Shown here: one piece after another, positions 38,752 through 48,817 of the stretch
How positions within the stretch are numbered: position 1 is the stretch's first letter
How the letters are laid out: each line of letters begins with the position of its first letter
Assembly: GCA_963777505.1 (NCBI GenBank)
Contig: CAVZQN010000004.1
Span: 1,152,001 to 1,216,000, forward strand
Direction: 5' to 3'
Source: an uncultured bacterium
Lineage (GTDB): Bacteria; Acidobacteriota; HRBIN11; JAKEFK01
DNA length: 64,000 nucleotides
Notes under the pieces: model-generated
The model's input: only the letters and a program-made list of their open reading frames with translations
Told to the model about the DNA's origin: nothing
The model's database searches: none
Translations under genes and position numbers: made by a program

Positions 38752-40170
38752 ATGATGATCCTTCTATTTCTCTTATTTTCGTTATCGATATTTCAAACTG
38801 CAGACGCTGAGTTGGATGTTGTGTTCGCGAATGCACACGTCATGGACCCCGAATCTGGCGTTGATGCCATTCAACACATAGGTGTTCGCGGCAATCGGAT
38901 CGTTGAACTTTCAACGAATCCGCTGAGCGGCAAAACGGTGATCGATGCAAAAGGGCTCGTATTAGCGCCTGGTTTTATTGATCTTCACTCGCATGGTCAG
39001 TCTGACGAAAATTATCGTTACAAAGCGATGGATGGTGTAACCACTGCGCTTGAGTTAGAAGTTGGCGTTTCGCCGGTTGCAAAATGGTACACAGAACGTG
39101 AAGGAAAGGCCCTCGTAAACTACGGCGCTACGTGCGGTCATATTCCAGTACGCATGGCAGTGATGCATGATTCCGGAACATTCTTGCCGCGTGATAAGGC
39201 GGCAAATGTTCGAGCCACATCCGACGAAGTTCGACAAATTACTGAATTAATAAAACGAGGTTTGGAAGAAGGTGCACTTGGCATTGGTTTCGGTATTAAT
39301 TACGTTCCCAAAACAACACGGAGTGAGATCTTCGATCTTTTCAGCATTGCAGCGGAACACAAAGTAGCCAATTTTGTTCATATGCGCTTTTCCGGATCCG
39401 GTGAAACGGATGGCGCTCTTGTTGCTTTGCAAGAAGTGCTTGCCGATACTGCGGCAACAGGCGCTTCACTGCATGTGGTTCACATTACAAGCACATGTTT
39501 ACGGGAGACATCTACTTGTTTAAAGATGCTTGAAGGCGCACAGAGAAGTGGACTCGATGTCACAACGGAATCCTATCCCTACACTGCGACTGCAACACAG
39601 ATTGATTCAGCAATCTATAATGAAGGCTGGCAAGAACGGCTCGGTATTACATACAAAGATTTGCAATGGGTCGCAACTGGTGAACGGCTTACGAAAGAGT
39701 CGTTCGATCGTTATCGAAAAACCGGTGGAGCTGTGATTGGTCATTCGATTCCTGAAGAAATTGCGCGTCTGGCTGTTGCGAATTCGAATGTAATCGTTGC
39801 AAGCGACGGTCGCTTCGTTGAAGGAAAAGGTCATCCACGCAGTGCTGGCACATTTGCGCGTGTGCTCGGATATTATGTGCGCGAACAGAAGGCACTTAGC
39901 TTAATGGATGCAATCCGTAAAATGACTTTATTGCCTGCACAACGATTAGAAAAATCAGTACCGCAAATGAAAACGAAAGGGCGGATCAAGGTTGGCATGG
40001 ATGCTGATCTCACACTCTTCGATCCGGCCCGCGTCATTGACCGTGCAACTTTTGAAAATCCGGCCCAATTTTCCGAAGGGATCCATCATGTGATGGTGAA
40101 CGGCGTATTCGTAGTACGAGATGGCAAAATCGTTGAAGGGGTAAAGCCGGGAATCGCAATTCGCCGATAA
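38752..40170 (+). CDS. Secreted amidohydrolase (D-aminoacylase-like)
   Basis: APGFIDLHSH, HMR, HVVHI, ASDG, HPRSAGTFARVLG, DADLTLFDP; signal peptide. Confidence 0.88.
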   Translation: MMILLFLLFSLSIFQTADAELDVVFANAHVMDPESGVDAIQHIGVRGNRIVELSTNPLSGKTVIDAKGLVLAPGFIDLHSHGQSDENYRYKAMDGVTTALELEVGVSPVAKWYTEREGKALVNYGATCGHIPVRMAVMHDSGTFLPRDKAANVRATSDEVRQITELIKRGLEEGALGIGFGINYVPKTTRSEIFDLFSIAAEHKVANFVHMRFSGSGETDGALVALQEVLADTAATGASLHVVHITSTCLRETSTCLKMLEGAQRSGLDVTTESYPYTATATQIDSAIYNEGWQERLGITYKDLQWVATGERLTKESFDRYRKTGGAVIGHSIPEEIARLAVANSNVIVASDGRFVEGKGHPRSAGTFARVLGYYVREQKALSLMDAIRKMTLLPAQRLEKSVPQMKTKGRIKVGMDADLTLFDPARVIDRATFENPAQFSEGIHHVMVNGVFVVRDGKIVEGVKPGIAIRR

Positions 40171-40197
40171 GAACTCAACCGCAAAGACGCCAAGATA

Positions 40198-41142
40198 TTA
40201 AGGTTTTCGTTTTCTGGGTTCCAGAGTTTTCATGTCGTAGTGAGTTTTGAAGAATTCATCACACCAGAGACAAATATTTTTCAGGTCTCGCGTTCTTTCT
40301 TTGGCGTATTCTTCCGTCACGCCAACTGATTCACCCATTTTCCATGGAGCACCTTCATTTAACTGTTTGAAAATTTCAGAACGCGATACCCGCATCAGTA
40401 CATCGGCAACTTTCTCTTTACGAGCATCACCCATCGGTTCGAGTGTTCCAGGACAACACGGATTGATTTTCCAAAGTTGAATTGAGACTTCTTGCGGAAT
40501 ATCTTCTGAGCCCCCAAGGAATCCGCGTGCACCGGAAAGGATTGCGCAAAAGTTGTGCATCGGATCCTTTTTCCAAATCCCTTTTTGAATTGCGCGGCCT
40601 CGTGCCCAATTTCCACCAAGCCACATTTCTTCCGTGGCACCCCAGAATCCATAACTGATCCGATCTTTCTTGAGGTATGTTTCTTTTTCAATCAATGGAT
40701 CAGTGTTTTCATCGCTCATCCCACGCGAACGAAATAGCTGCGTGAGTGCTTCTTTTCGTTCGCCTTTGTATTTATGGTAACTGTCGATTGAAGCAACATC
40801 GAAGCGAGTCACTCCTTTTTGAATTAAAGTATCCAGAATTTCTTCTGTCAGAAGATCGCCGTTAGTTTGAAGCATGATCTGAGTCGTGTTGGAATATTTT
40901 TTCTTTAAAGTGTCGAGTATCAAATAAAGTTGTTTCCGCTCCGCAAGCGGCTCACCGCCCGAAAGGATTAAACGATCGATTCGATCGGGCAGATGATCGA
41001 TGATTGCAAGGCATTCTTCATCGCTGATGCGTGAACCTTCAGGCCCGGAAAGGTTATAGCAATGATCACAAACGTCGTTGCATAGCTGAGTGAATACCCA
41101 GTACAAAGATTCGCAATGGTTAAAATCGTTTTTTATAAGCAT
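40198..41142 (-). CDS. Radical SAM enzyme of unknown function with extra C-terminal cysteines
   Basis: CNDVCDHC (CxxxCxxC), SGGEPL, QTNG; later NFC, PCCP, CLWC. Confidence 0.9.
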   Translation of the reverse strand: MLIKNDFNHCESLYWVFTQLCNDVCDHCYNLSGPEGSRISDEECLAIIDHLPDRIDRLILSGGEPLAERKQLYLILDTLKKKYSNTTQIMLQTNGDLLTEEILDTLIQKGVTRFDVASIDSYHKYKGERKEALTQLFRSRGMSDENTDPLIEKETYLKKDRISYGFWGATEEMWLGGNWARGRAIQKGIWKKDPMHNFCAILSGARGFLGGSEDIPQEVSIQLWKINPCCPGTLEPMGDARKEKVADVLMRVSRSEIFKQLNEGAPWKMGESVGVTEEYAKERTRDLKNICLWCDEFFKTHYDMKTLEPRKRKP

Positions 41143-41148
41143 GTCTTC

Positions 41149-41194
41149 GTAGGGCCGGTCTTGTGCCGGCCCGGGCGGCCACAGCCGTCCCTAC
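41149..41194. repeat. REP-like GTAG...CTAC doublet; related copy at 62624-62648
   Basis: gtagggccggtcttgtgccggcccgggcggccacagccgtccctac; gggcggccacaagggccgcccctac. Confidence 0.6.
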
Positions 41195-41923
41195 TGTCGT
41201 TTTTGTAACAAGCCTTCCCAAAACTCGATCTCACGCTGAACACCTGTTTTAGGATCGTGAATGAATTGCTGAACATCGTCAAAAACTTCCAGCGTACCTT
41301 TCTGCATTAGAGCAATTTGGTCACCCATCAGGATCGCTTCCTTCAAATCGTGTGTAACAAAAATCGATGTAATTTTGAACTGCTTTGCAACAGTTACGAA
41401 AAAATGTCTGCATCGAAGTGCGTGTCTCCGCGTCAAGATTGCCGAAAGGTTCGTCCAGAAGCAGCAACAAAGGATTCACAATGAATGCACGTCCAAAAGA
41501 AACTCTTTGCTTTTGGCCTCCGGAAAGTTGATGCGGCATCTTGCGCGCATGCTCATCAATCTGCAAACTCTGAATCATTTGAGCTGTTTTTTCTTGAATC
41601 TCTTTTTCCGGAAGTTTGCGCAACCTCAACCCAAAAGCAATATTTTCAAAAACATCCAGATGAGGAAACAAAAGCGTTTCCTGATAAAGATAAACAATAT
41701 TTCTCTTATGCGCTGGAACTTCATTTACGATTGTTTCTTGCAAAACTATTTGTCCGGAATCGCCCGCCAACAAGCCCGCGATAATCTTAAGGAGCGTAGT
41801 TTTGCCGCAACCAGAACGTCCCACAATGCTAAGGTTGTGATGCTCATTCAAGGAAAAGCTTAAATCCGAAAGAACTCTGTCTGATTGGAACGATTTATTC
41901 AAACTTTCAACTTTTAATAGCAT
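41191..41923 (-). CDS. ABC transporter ATP-binding subunit, split by +1 frameshift in an A/T run near 41400
   Basis: GRSGCGKTT, LSGGQKQR, LLLDEPF; FVTHD switch His lies in the downstream frame. Confidence 0.9.
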
Positions 41924-42695
41924 TTATGCAGGCTTTTTGAAAATGTAATTTTTATTAAACCAGAGCAAAATTGCAGGAGGCATGATCAGCAGACAGCTCG
42001 CCACCGCAGCATAGTACGGATTGGCTTCATTTATATATTGATAGACTTTAACAGTCAGCGTTTGAATCTTTCCAACCCCGATGATTGTAGTTAATCCGTA
42101 TTCGAACCACGAAATCAAAAATGTTTGGAAAAAGCAGACAAGCAGCATTGGCCGAGATATTGGGACAATTACTCGAAAGAAAGTTTGAAAGGTATCACTT
42201 CCGAGAGTTGCTGAAAGCTGTTCCAATGATTTCAGACGACTGCTCCAGTACCCGCTAAAAAAAATTACACTGAATGGATACGCAATGATGAATTGAGCCA
42301 GAACGACTCCGCTTGCTTTTCCTGCAAGTCCCAGTTTTACGAAAGAAAAGTAAATACATGCCGCATAAATAACAGGTGAAAGAATGTACGGCAAATACGC
42401 TGCAAAAAGTAGTTGATTATTTCTAGGATGATACGCCACGGCACGACTTGTCACAAATCCGAGTGCTGTTGCCGAAACCGAAACGGCAATCGAAATGCCT
42501 GCCGATATCGCCAGACCGGAAAGTAGACTGCTGTGCGCTGAGAAAAGCGTCAACCAATTGTTCATTGTTACTTGATCCGGAAGTACTTTCGGATATTGCC
42601 AGTTGTTTGTTAATGAAAGTAATGCCAGGAATGCAAAAGGAAAAGCAAATACGTATAACTGCGACAATAGAAGTGGATTGTTGTTTAGAGGTCAT
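41924..42695 (-). CDS. ABC transporter permease (YnjC-like half), +1 frameshift near 42660
   Basis: NWQYPKVLP, EQLSATLGS (EAA loop); likely true start ATG 42695 (MTSKQQ...) overlapping the upstream gene's end. Confidence 0.85.
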
Positions 42696-43536
42696 AGGCC
42701 AGTTTCCGTTTTCTAAACAAGAGAACAATGAATATTCCAGTCAGGATCAAATACAGAACCGCCATCGTATACGCGGTTGGAATGTCCTGAAGATTGAATC
42801 GCTGCAACTTCCTGATTAACAAGACGGAGATCATTTGTGGATTTTGTCTGCCGAGGAGCAGCGGGATTTCGTATGATCCAAGCACGAAAATGAAATACAG
42901 CACAATCGTTGGAAATGATCTCTTCAGTAAAATTGGGATGGCAATTTTGAGTTCCGCTTGAACGAAGCTCGCGCCGAGAGTTCTTGCCAGCCTGTGCAGC
43001 TCTTCTAGATTTTCACTCTCATTCAAGTTCGCAAACAAGATTGCGAAAAAAGGAAGCCCCATCAAAACGTGAGTTGCGATGATGCCGATGCCAAACGCAT
43101 CCTGAATCAGGTCAGGAAATTCTTGAACTCGGGTGATCCAGCCGAATTGAAAGAAGACTCTGGAGAACAAACCTGCTCTGGCAAAAACTTGAAAAGCAAA
43201 AAATGCAGCAACGATTGCAGGGATTCCAAGCGGAAGATAAAAAAATGTCGAAATCCATCCATGCGATAGTTCTTTTTTTAAGATGGAAACGACAAGAAGT
43301 GCCAACGAAATCGTGATTGTCATTGAAACGATCGCGATATAAAGACTAAACAAAAAAGATGAGATAACTTCGTTGGAAGTGAGAGTTGTGATCCAGTAAG
43401 AAATCGTAAATCCAGGGCGTAAGATGCCGGCAAGGCCAACACTGTAAAGTGCTGCATATCCAAAGGACATGAATAATGGAACTATGGTGAATAACGCAAA
43501 AACAAAGAGAGCAGATGTGTTGAGCTTACTTTTCAA
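42685..43536 (-). CDS. ABC transporter permease (YnjC-like half)
   Basis: 6 TMs, LARTLGAS EAA loop, GSYEIPLLLG. Confidence 0.88.
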   Translation of the reverse strand: MKSKLNTSALFVFALFTIVPLFMSFGYAALYSVGLAGILRPGFTISYWITTLTSNEVISSFLFSLYIAIVSMTITISLALLVVSILKKELSHGWISTFFYLPLGIPAIVAAFFAFQVFARAGLFSRVFFQFGWITRVQEFPDLIQDAFGIGIIATHVLMGLPFFAILFANLNESENLEELHRLARTLGASFVQAELKIAIPILLKRSFPTIVLYFIFVLGSYEIPLLLGRQNPQMISVLLIRKLQRFNLQDIPTAYTMAVLYLILTGIFIVLLFRKRKLAYDL

Positions 43537-44759
43537 TTACATGTTTCCTGAAATCATCATACAACCGGATCATGTATTCCGGGGCGAGTTCCGGCAGAGC
43601 TTTTGAATTAATTTCCTCACGTTTTGGCGCTAATTTCCTGCCAGGAACATTTTGAAATTTCTGCTGCCAATCCGCGGGTAACTGCTGGAGATTCAAAACC
43701 GTCCCATCTCCCCATACATTTGGTTTTGATTTTTCGAGTTGTGCTTCCGGTGAAATAAGGAAGTTGCAAACGACCATTCCGCCGGCTTTGTTACCGGAGC
43801 GATTTACAATTCCAATGTAATGTGAATTTTGAATTGTGCCGGAATCCAAAACATAGGCTTTTGAAGATGAAGGAAATAGGCCTTGCATTACTTTGTTGTC
43901 AACTTCACCATCATTATTGCTCATCGTAAAATCAAGTTCACTGCTTGCAAACATCTGATGCATCGGCGCGACGGCATCCGGAAATGTTTTGCCCTGTTTC
44001 CAGAAATATGGCTTGATGCGATTGATGTAGTTCCAAAGTTCGGCGGAATATTTTTCGTATTTCTCTTTGTTAAACGGTCCGGACAATTCCGCCTTACTTC
44101 CTGAAATCGCAATCAAAAAAGACTTCAGCAAGAGTCATTCCTGTAAAATCATTTCCGATCGTGAATTTCCCTGGATGCTTTTTTACATAAAGCTCCAATT
44201 CCTCCATATTCCGTGGAGGATCGTTCACCCGCCTGCTGTCATAAATGATGGCAAGCTGTACATTTCCCCACGGACATTCCATCCCATTTACTGGCTGCTG
44301 AAAGTCGGTGTTGATGAACGGGTTTTGCCAGTCGATATATTTTGAGTTTGGAAGACGCTCTGTAAAAGGTCCATATAAGCCCTGGATCTCGCGCAATTGA
44401 TAAAATGTTTCTCCATTGATCCAGCAAAGATCGATCTGGCTCGAAGTTTCCTTTGCTTCGATTTCAGTCATCAAGATTTGAACGATTTTGTTTCCTTGAC
44501 CTTCTGAAATATTGAGCGTGACTCCGAAGTCATTTTGTAGATGAGGTTTTACGTAGTTATTCATGTATGCATTGATATAAGGATCGCCACCCCACATCAT
44601 CAGTGTGACACTGGTGCCTTTCGCCGAGGCAAGAATCTGATCCCAATTCATTGCGGCAACATCTTGGGTCTGTTGCTGAGTTTTGCAGTGGCTTAAAAAC
44701 AAAGAAGCAAAAATCAAGATCGCGATCTTGCAACGAACGCTTTTATCCATTTGTTGCAC
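43526..44759 (-). CDS. YnjB-like ABC substrate-binding lipoprotein, split by +1 frameshift near 44130
   Basis: MWGGDPYIN, DLCWINGETF, ECPWGNVQLA, DFTGMT/LLK, NFLISPEAQ, WGDGTVL; LSHC lipobox. Confidence 0.88.
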
Positions 44760-44761
44760 GC

Positions 44762-47743
44762 TTAAAAGAGATAGCGCACTGTGAATTGGAATTGACGTGG
44801 TGGTGCAGCGTTCCGCTGAACAAAAATGCCCGAAGCTTTTGATCCAACTTGAATTTGATTGCTCTGCGTCGCGTTGTTGGAATAGCCGCTTAAATTGTTT
44901 TCGTTGAATACATTAAATATGTCTGCGCGTAAGATCAGATTCGACCAGTTGTACTGTGCCCCAACATCGAATGTATACGACCATGGCAGCCGATCGTTAT
45001 TCCTTGATTCACCAGGAAAGCGATCGCTGTTTCCGACATAGGCATCACCAAACGAACGGCCGTCCCCGTTTAGATCGGTCGTACCGAAAAGGATTGCATC
45101 CGGAATGCGATTGATAGGCTGTCCACTTTGCAACAAGGCCGCAACTGTAAATGAGAAATCATTGATCGGATAGTAATCGAAAACAGCACTGATTACATGG
45201 CGGCGATCGTTGATCGAAGCTCCCCATTCTTCTTCAAAATTGTTCGCATCTTCCGCGCGAAAATTAATGTCTTCAGTATTGTTTCGCAGCGAAGATAACG
45301 TATAAAACAATAAGTATGAATACTGATCATCCGCTCTCGTTTTTTGATACGTGAAGTTGGCTGCATAGTATTTTGATTCGCCTTCAGTTTCTGTAACCAC
45401 AATATTTCTTGCGATTCCCCGGACGATCTGTCCGTTGATAATCGCATACGGACCTTGTGCATCGACAAAAATAGGAATCGCACGTGTTGCATCTGCTTCG
45501 GCCTGTGTCCGAACCACGACATTGTTTGGATCATTTAATGGATAAGGCGATGGCGCATTCAAATCACGCAAACGAAAAAGATTGTAAGAACGTGTGTGCA
45601 TCACATCTACGTAAAAAAGTTGGTCTTCTTTCACTTGAAATTGATAACCGGCAGAGAAGTGATGTGTGCTGGGGTTTTGATAACCATCTGGATTCAGAAT
45701 ACGAAGTTCGTTGCTGAATGTGCTATCACGAAGTCCTTGAAGATCTTCCGGACCCGGCCCGTTGAGATACGTAACATTTGAAAAAGTGCCGCTCAAATTC
45801 CCGTCATTGGTGACTCGATTTACATCGGTATTTGAGGGCAGTATGCCGAGACGGATTAGCTCCTGGATCTGGCTCTGATAATCCGCAGAGGTAGTACTGA
45901 ATTGCAGAGCATCGCTAAAAATTGCATACAGGATTTTGTCATAATACAGTCCATATCCACCACGAAAACTGCTGCGATCATTTACTCTATAATTCAGGCT
46001 CACACGTGGCGCAAAATTATTTGCATCTCCATCCGTTGAGCCGCCTTTTGAAAGATTATCGTAATCGTAACGCAAGCCCAGCGTTAAATTGAGATTGCTG
46101 CTCAATGAAATTAAATCTTCCGCATAAAAACTGTAAACATTTTGCCGAGCGCCGAAAGAGTTCGTACGCAGCTCAACGTTGTAATTAAGAACTTCGGCGT
46201 CTGATGGAATATCGTTGATATCCAGAGCTGAACCTGGATTTTGTGTTCGGAGTTGATCGAGTTGATCCTGATTGAGCTTTACAAGGTAATTGCCGTTTAC
46301 ATTACCACCACCCAGCAAAGAATGATCGGATGTTTTCACGCCGGCACCAAATTTGAAGGAATGGTTTCCCGTGTAATAATCCAGCTTTTGGTCGAACTGC
46401 CACGTATTTTCAAGTTCATCAAACACGAAACCCGGATGTCCAAGAACTGCAATTGTTTGTTCGCTGGGATCCAGCACAGTCACTTGCGGGCTGTCCGGAT
46501 TTTCACCGCGCCCATAATTCCATCGAAAACGAGAGTAGAGAAGATTTGTTTCAGACATGAAGTTGCCGTGCAGATAAGTGTTTTTTGATGCAAGCAGAAG
46601 TGAATTTCTATCCTGACTGTTAGCAGCAGAAGGGAATTGAACACCGCCCTCTAATCCACCTCCTTGACGTTCTATATTGACCCATCCGGAATTCACGCGA
46701 AAAGATGATTTCAGTTCGTCATTCCAGAGGTGATCCACTTTTCCGGAAAGCAGAGTAAAACGATTTTCTCCGCCCACTGTTTCATTCACCCCCAGTGGCG
46801 GGCTGTTCAAGAGATTGTCTTTTAAATCGAAAGTTTGCTCCGCATCGATGAAGAAAAACGTCTGATCGCGAACGATAGGACCGCCGAGCGCAAAACCTGC
46901 CTGGTGCCGTTGGAATCCGTCCTTCACTTGATTTCCGGAAAGATCTCTTTGAGCAAATTCTGACTCACCATCGATTGCCGGCCCTGGACGAACAACGTAA
47001 AATGCTTCGCCGTTCAAATTGTTACTTCCGGATCGGGTTGTGATGTTTACGATTCCGTTTCCACTTTGTCCAAATTCGCTGGAATAGTTGCTCGTCAAAA
47101 CCGTAACATTTTGTGTGATGCCTATTGGCGCTGCAAATTTCTGCCCGCCCAGAAAATTTTCATTGTTGTCCAGTCCATCGATCAAATAACTTGTGTAAAG
47201 TGAATTAGCGCCATTGATACTTACGTTTGGAGCTTCCGGAAAAAAGCCGGTCGCCTGAGTTACGTTTGGAAGACGAAACAAAACGCGTGTAACATCGCGT
47301 CCTTCAACTGGAATTGCTTCAATTTCTTCTGCTTCCAGTTCGGAGGATACTTCGGCATCAATCGTGTTGAGTTGGGTTGTTGCTCTGCCTTCAACAGTGA
47401 CTTCTTCGGCTTTATTTTCTTTTCGCGGTAGGTACAAATTCACACTCGACTTCTTATTAGATCGAACAAGAATATTTTCGGCTCTCGCCTCAAAATACTG
47501 ATCGTTTTCACCAACAGATACCGTGTAAGATCCGGAAGTTGAAAGAGCTGTGAATTGCGCTTTCCCCTGAGTGTTCGTTGCCTTTTGTATCGAATATCCA
47601 ATAGAACTGTTTTCTAAGCGAACCATAATTCCGGAGATTGCTTGTTGATTCGATAAATCGGATACAGTTACTTCCAATTCTTCCTGGGCAAATGCAATTT
47701 GAGCAATCAAAAGAAACAAAACAGAAATGAATAGTTTCTTCAT
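44762..47743 (-). CDS. TonB-dependent receptor (Oar/carboxypeptidase-regulatory-domain type)
   Basis: Signal peptide, N-terminal Ig-like domain, plug YLIDGLDNNE, SGSN, LTLGLRYDY, C-terminal PRQFQFTVRYLF. Confidence 0.92.
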   Translation of the reverse strand: MKKLFISVLFLLIAQIAFAQEELEVTVSDLSNQQAISGIMVRLENSSIGYSIQKATNTQGKAQFTALSTSGSYTVSVGENDQYFEARAENILVRSNKKSSVNLYLPRKENKAEEVTVEGRATTQLNTIDAEVSSELEAEEIEAIPVEGRDVTRVLFRLPNVTQATGFFPEAPNVSINGANSLYTSYLIDGLDNNENFLGGQKFAAPIGITQNVTVLTSNYSSEFGQSGNGIVNITTRSGSNNLNGEAFYVVRPGPAIDGESEFAQRDLSGNQVKDGFQRHQAGFALGGPIVRDQTFFFIDAEQTFDLKDNLLNSPPLGVNETVGGENRFTLLSGKVDHLWNDELKSSFRVNSGWVNIERQGGGLEGGVQFPSAANSQDRNSLLLASKNTYLHGNFMSETNLLYSRFRWNYGRGENPDSPQVTVLDPSEQTIAVLGHPGFVFDELENTWQFDQKLDYYTGNHSFKFGAGVKTSDHSLLGGGNVNGNYLVKLNQDQLDQLRTQNPGSALDINDIPSDAEVLNYNVELRTNSFGARQNVYSFYAEDLISLSSNLNLTLGLRYDYDNLSKGGSTDGDANNFAPRVSLNYRVNDRSSFRGGYGLYYDKILYAIFSDALQFSTTSADYQSQIQELIRLGILPSNTDVNRVTNDGNLSGTFSNVTYLNGPGPEDLQGLRDSTFSNELRILNPDGYQNPSTHHFSAGYQFQVKEDQLFYVDVMHTRSYNLFRLRDLNAPSPYPLNDPNNVVVRTQAEADATRAIPIFVDAQGPYAIINGQIVRGIARNIVVTETEGESKYYAANFTYQKTRADDQYSYLLFYTLSSLRNNTEDINFRAEDANNFEEEWGASINDRRHVISAVFDYYPINDFSFTVAALLQSGQPINRIPDAILFGTTDLNGDGRSFGDAYVGNSDRFPGESRNNDRLPWSYTFDVGAQYNWSNLILRADIFNVFNENNLSGYSNNATQSNQIQVGSKASGIFVQRNAAPPRQFQFTVRYLF

Positions 47744-47843
47744 TTCTTCTCTCCTTGTAGAGCTATCGGCAGAGGATCGGTATGGATGCCGGTGCGTGTT
47801 ATCAGTTTTCGGGAGAGGAAAATGGAAGTTCGGAAGGAGGTGG
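47738..47843 (-). promoter_or_regulatory. Putative anti-SD hairpin coupled to a polyproline stall site
   Basis: mRNA CUUCCAUUUUCCUCUCC (47828-47812, codons L-P-F-S-S-P just after PPP) can pair with GGAGAGAAGAAAUGAAG (47754-47738, SD + AUG of the receptor). Confidence 0.55.
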
Positions 47844-48545
47844 TAATTGCCAGCGCGATCGCTGGATGTCGGTAGGCAGGTGAATTAGTGAAAGGAAAGT
47901 ATCACTTTTATGATGCTGCTTCAGTTCTTTCAGCAATGATCGAGCCCTGGCTCCGATTTTGTTTTTGCAACTTGCCAGAAGCCGAAGATCTTCTATCGAA
48001 TCGATGTCATGCTTAACCGATAATAAGCACGTATTTTCTTCTCCGAAGACATGTTGAAGTTGGTCACGATCGGTGTTTTTTTGCCATTGAATTTCTGAAA
48101 GTTTATGGCTGTCTTGAATATGAAAGCCAATGAGGTAGCATCCTCCACGGTGATCCGGACCGATGACAAGTCGATGTTTTGAGAGTTGCGCAAGGGCTGT
48201 CTTGATATCCCTGGATTGAAGTTCCGGACAATCGGAACCGATAACAATGATTTGTTGATAACCAGTTTGAGCAAGTTTTGCGATTGCGTTTTGCAATCGC
48301 TCGCTGAAGGATGCACCGGTTTGAGCGTGTGTAAAGATTTTGATGCTTTCTGATCTTTTCGAATTCGAACGAAGATCTATGTCCGTACTGAAAAGATGTA
48401 CATCAGCGTCAGCGGTAACATCAGAAGTCAGGGACGGAATTTGTAGGAATTCCGAAAATCTTTTGGTGAATCCTCGAAGAGCGAGATCCGTTTGAATACC
48501 TGCAGCAAAAATGAGAACAGCTTTAGTGCATTTGGAATTTGCCAT
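47802..48545 (-). CDS. DUF2064 (TIGR04282/CofC-like GT-A fold) protein with C-terminal extension ending WQLPPPSELPFSSPEN
   Basis: QTGASFSERLQNA, IIVIGSDCPEL, IGPDHRGGCYLIG, DIDSIEDL. Confidence 0.85.
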   Translation of the reverse strand: MANSKCTKAVLIFAAGIQTDLALRGFTKRFSEFLQIPSLTSDVTADADVHLFSTDIDLRSNSKRSESIKIFTHAQTGASFSERLQNAIAKLAQTGYQQIIVIGSDCPELQSRDIKTALAQLSKHRLVIGPDHRGGCYLIGFHIQDSHKLSEIQWQKNTDRDQLQHVFGEENTCLLSVKHDIDSIEDLRLLASCKNKIGARARSLLKELKQHHKSDTFLSLIHLPTDIQRSRWQLPPPSELPFSSPEN

Positions 48546-48580
48546 GAAAAAATCCGGCTATCATCAACTCTATATTAGTT

Positions 48581-48817
48581 TCAATTGGGTTTTGGTTTAT
48601 TCTCCATTTGCTGCTTGGCTTTCTGTCGATCGGCTATTTCCTCCTGGACGAGTTTATAGGCAAGATAATATTTGAAGATATTGCTTACATATGTAACTGT
48701 TTCCTGTCCGATGCGCTCGGCAGCAACCCGTTCAACGTTATTGAACCAAAGGTTCGGATTCAAACCTTTTTGTGCGGCTTCTTTGCGCAAGTTCCGTATT
48801 CGATTCGGTCCTGCATA
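48581..48817 (-). pseudogene. C-terminal remnant of an MltF-like lytic transglycosylase
   Basis: YAGPNRIRNLRKEAAQKGLNPNLWFNNVE...IGQETVTYVSNIFKYYLAY preceded by an in-frame TAG; SBP and catalytic regions absent. Confidence 0.7.

Noticed and set aside
47799-47804. Selenocysteine read-through at the DUF2064 TGA stop
   Set aside because: TGA is followed immediately by TAA; there is no continuing frame.
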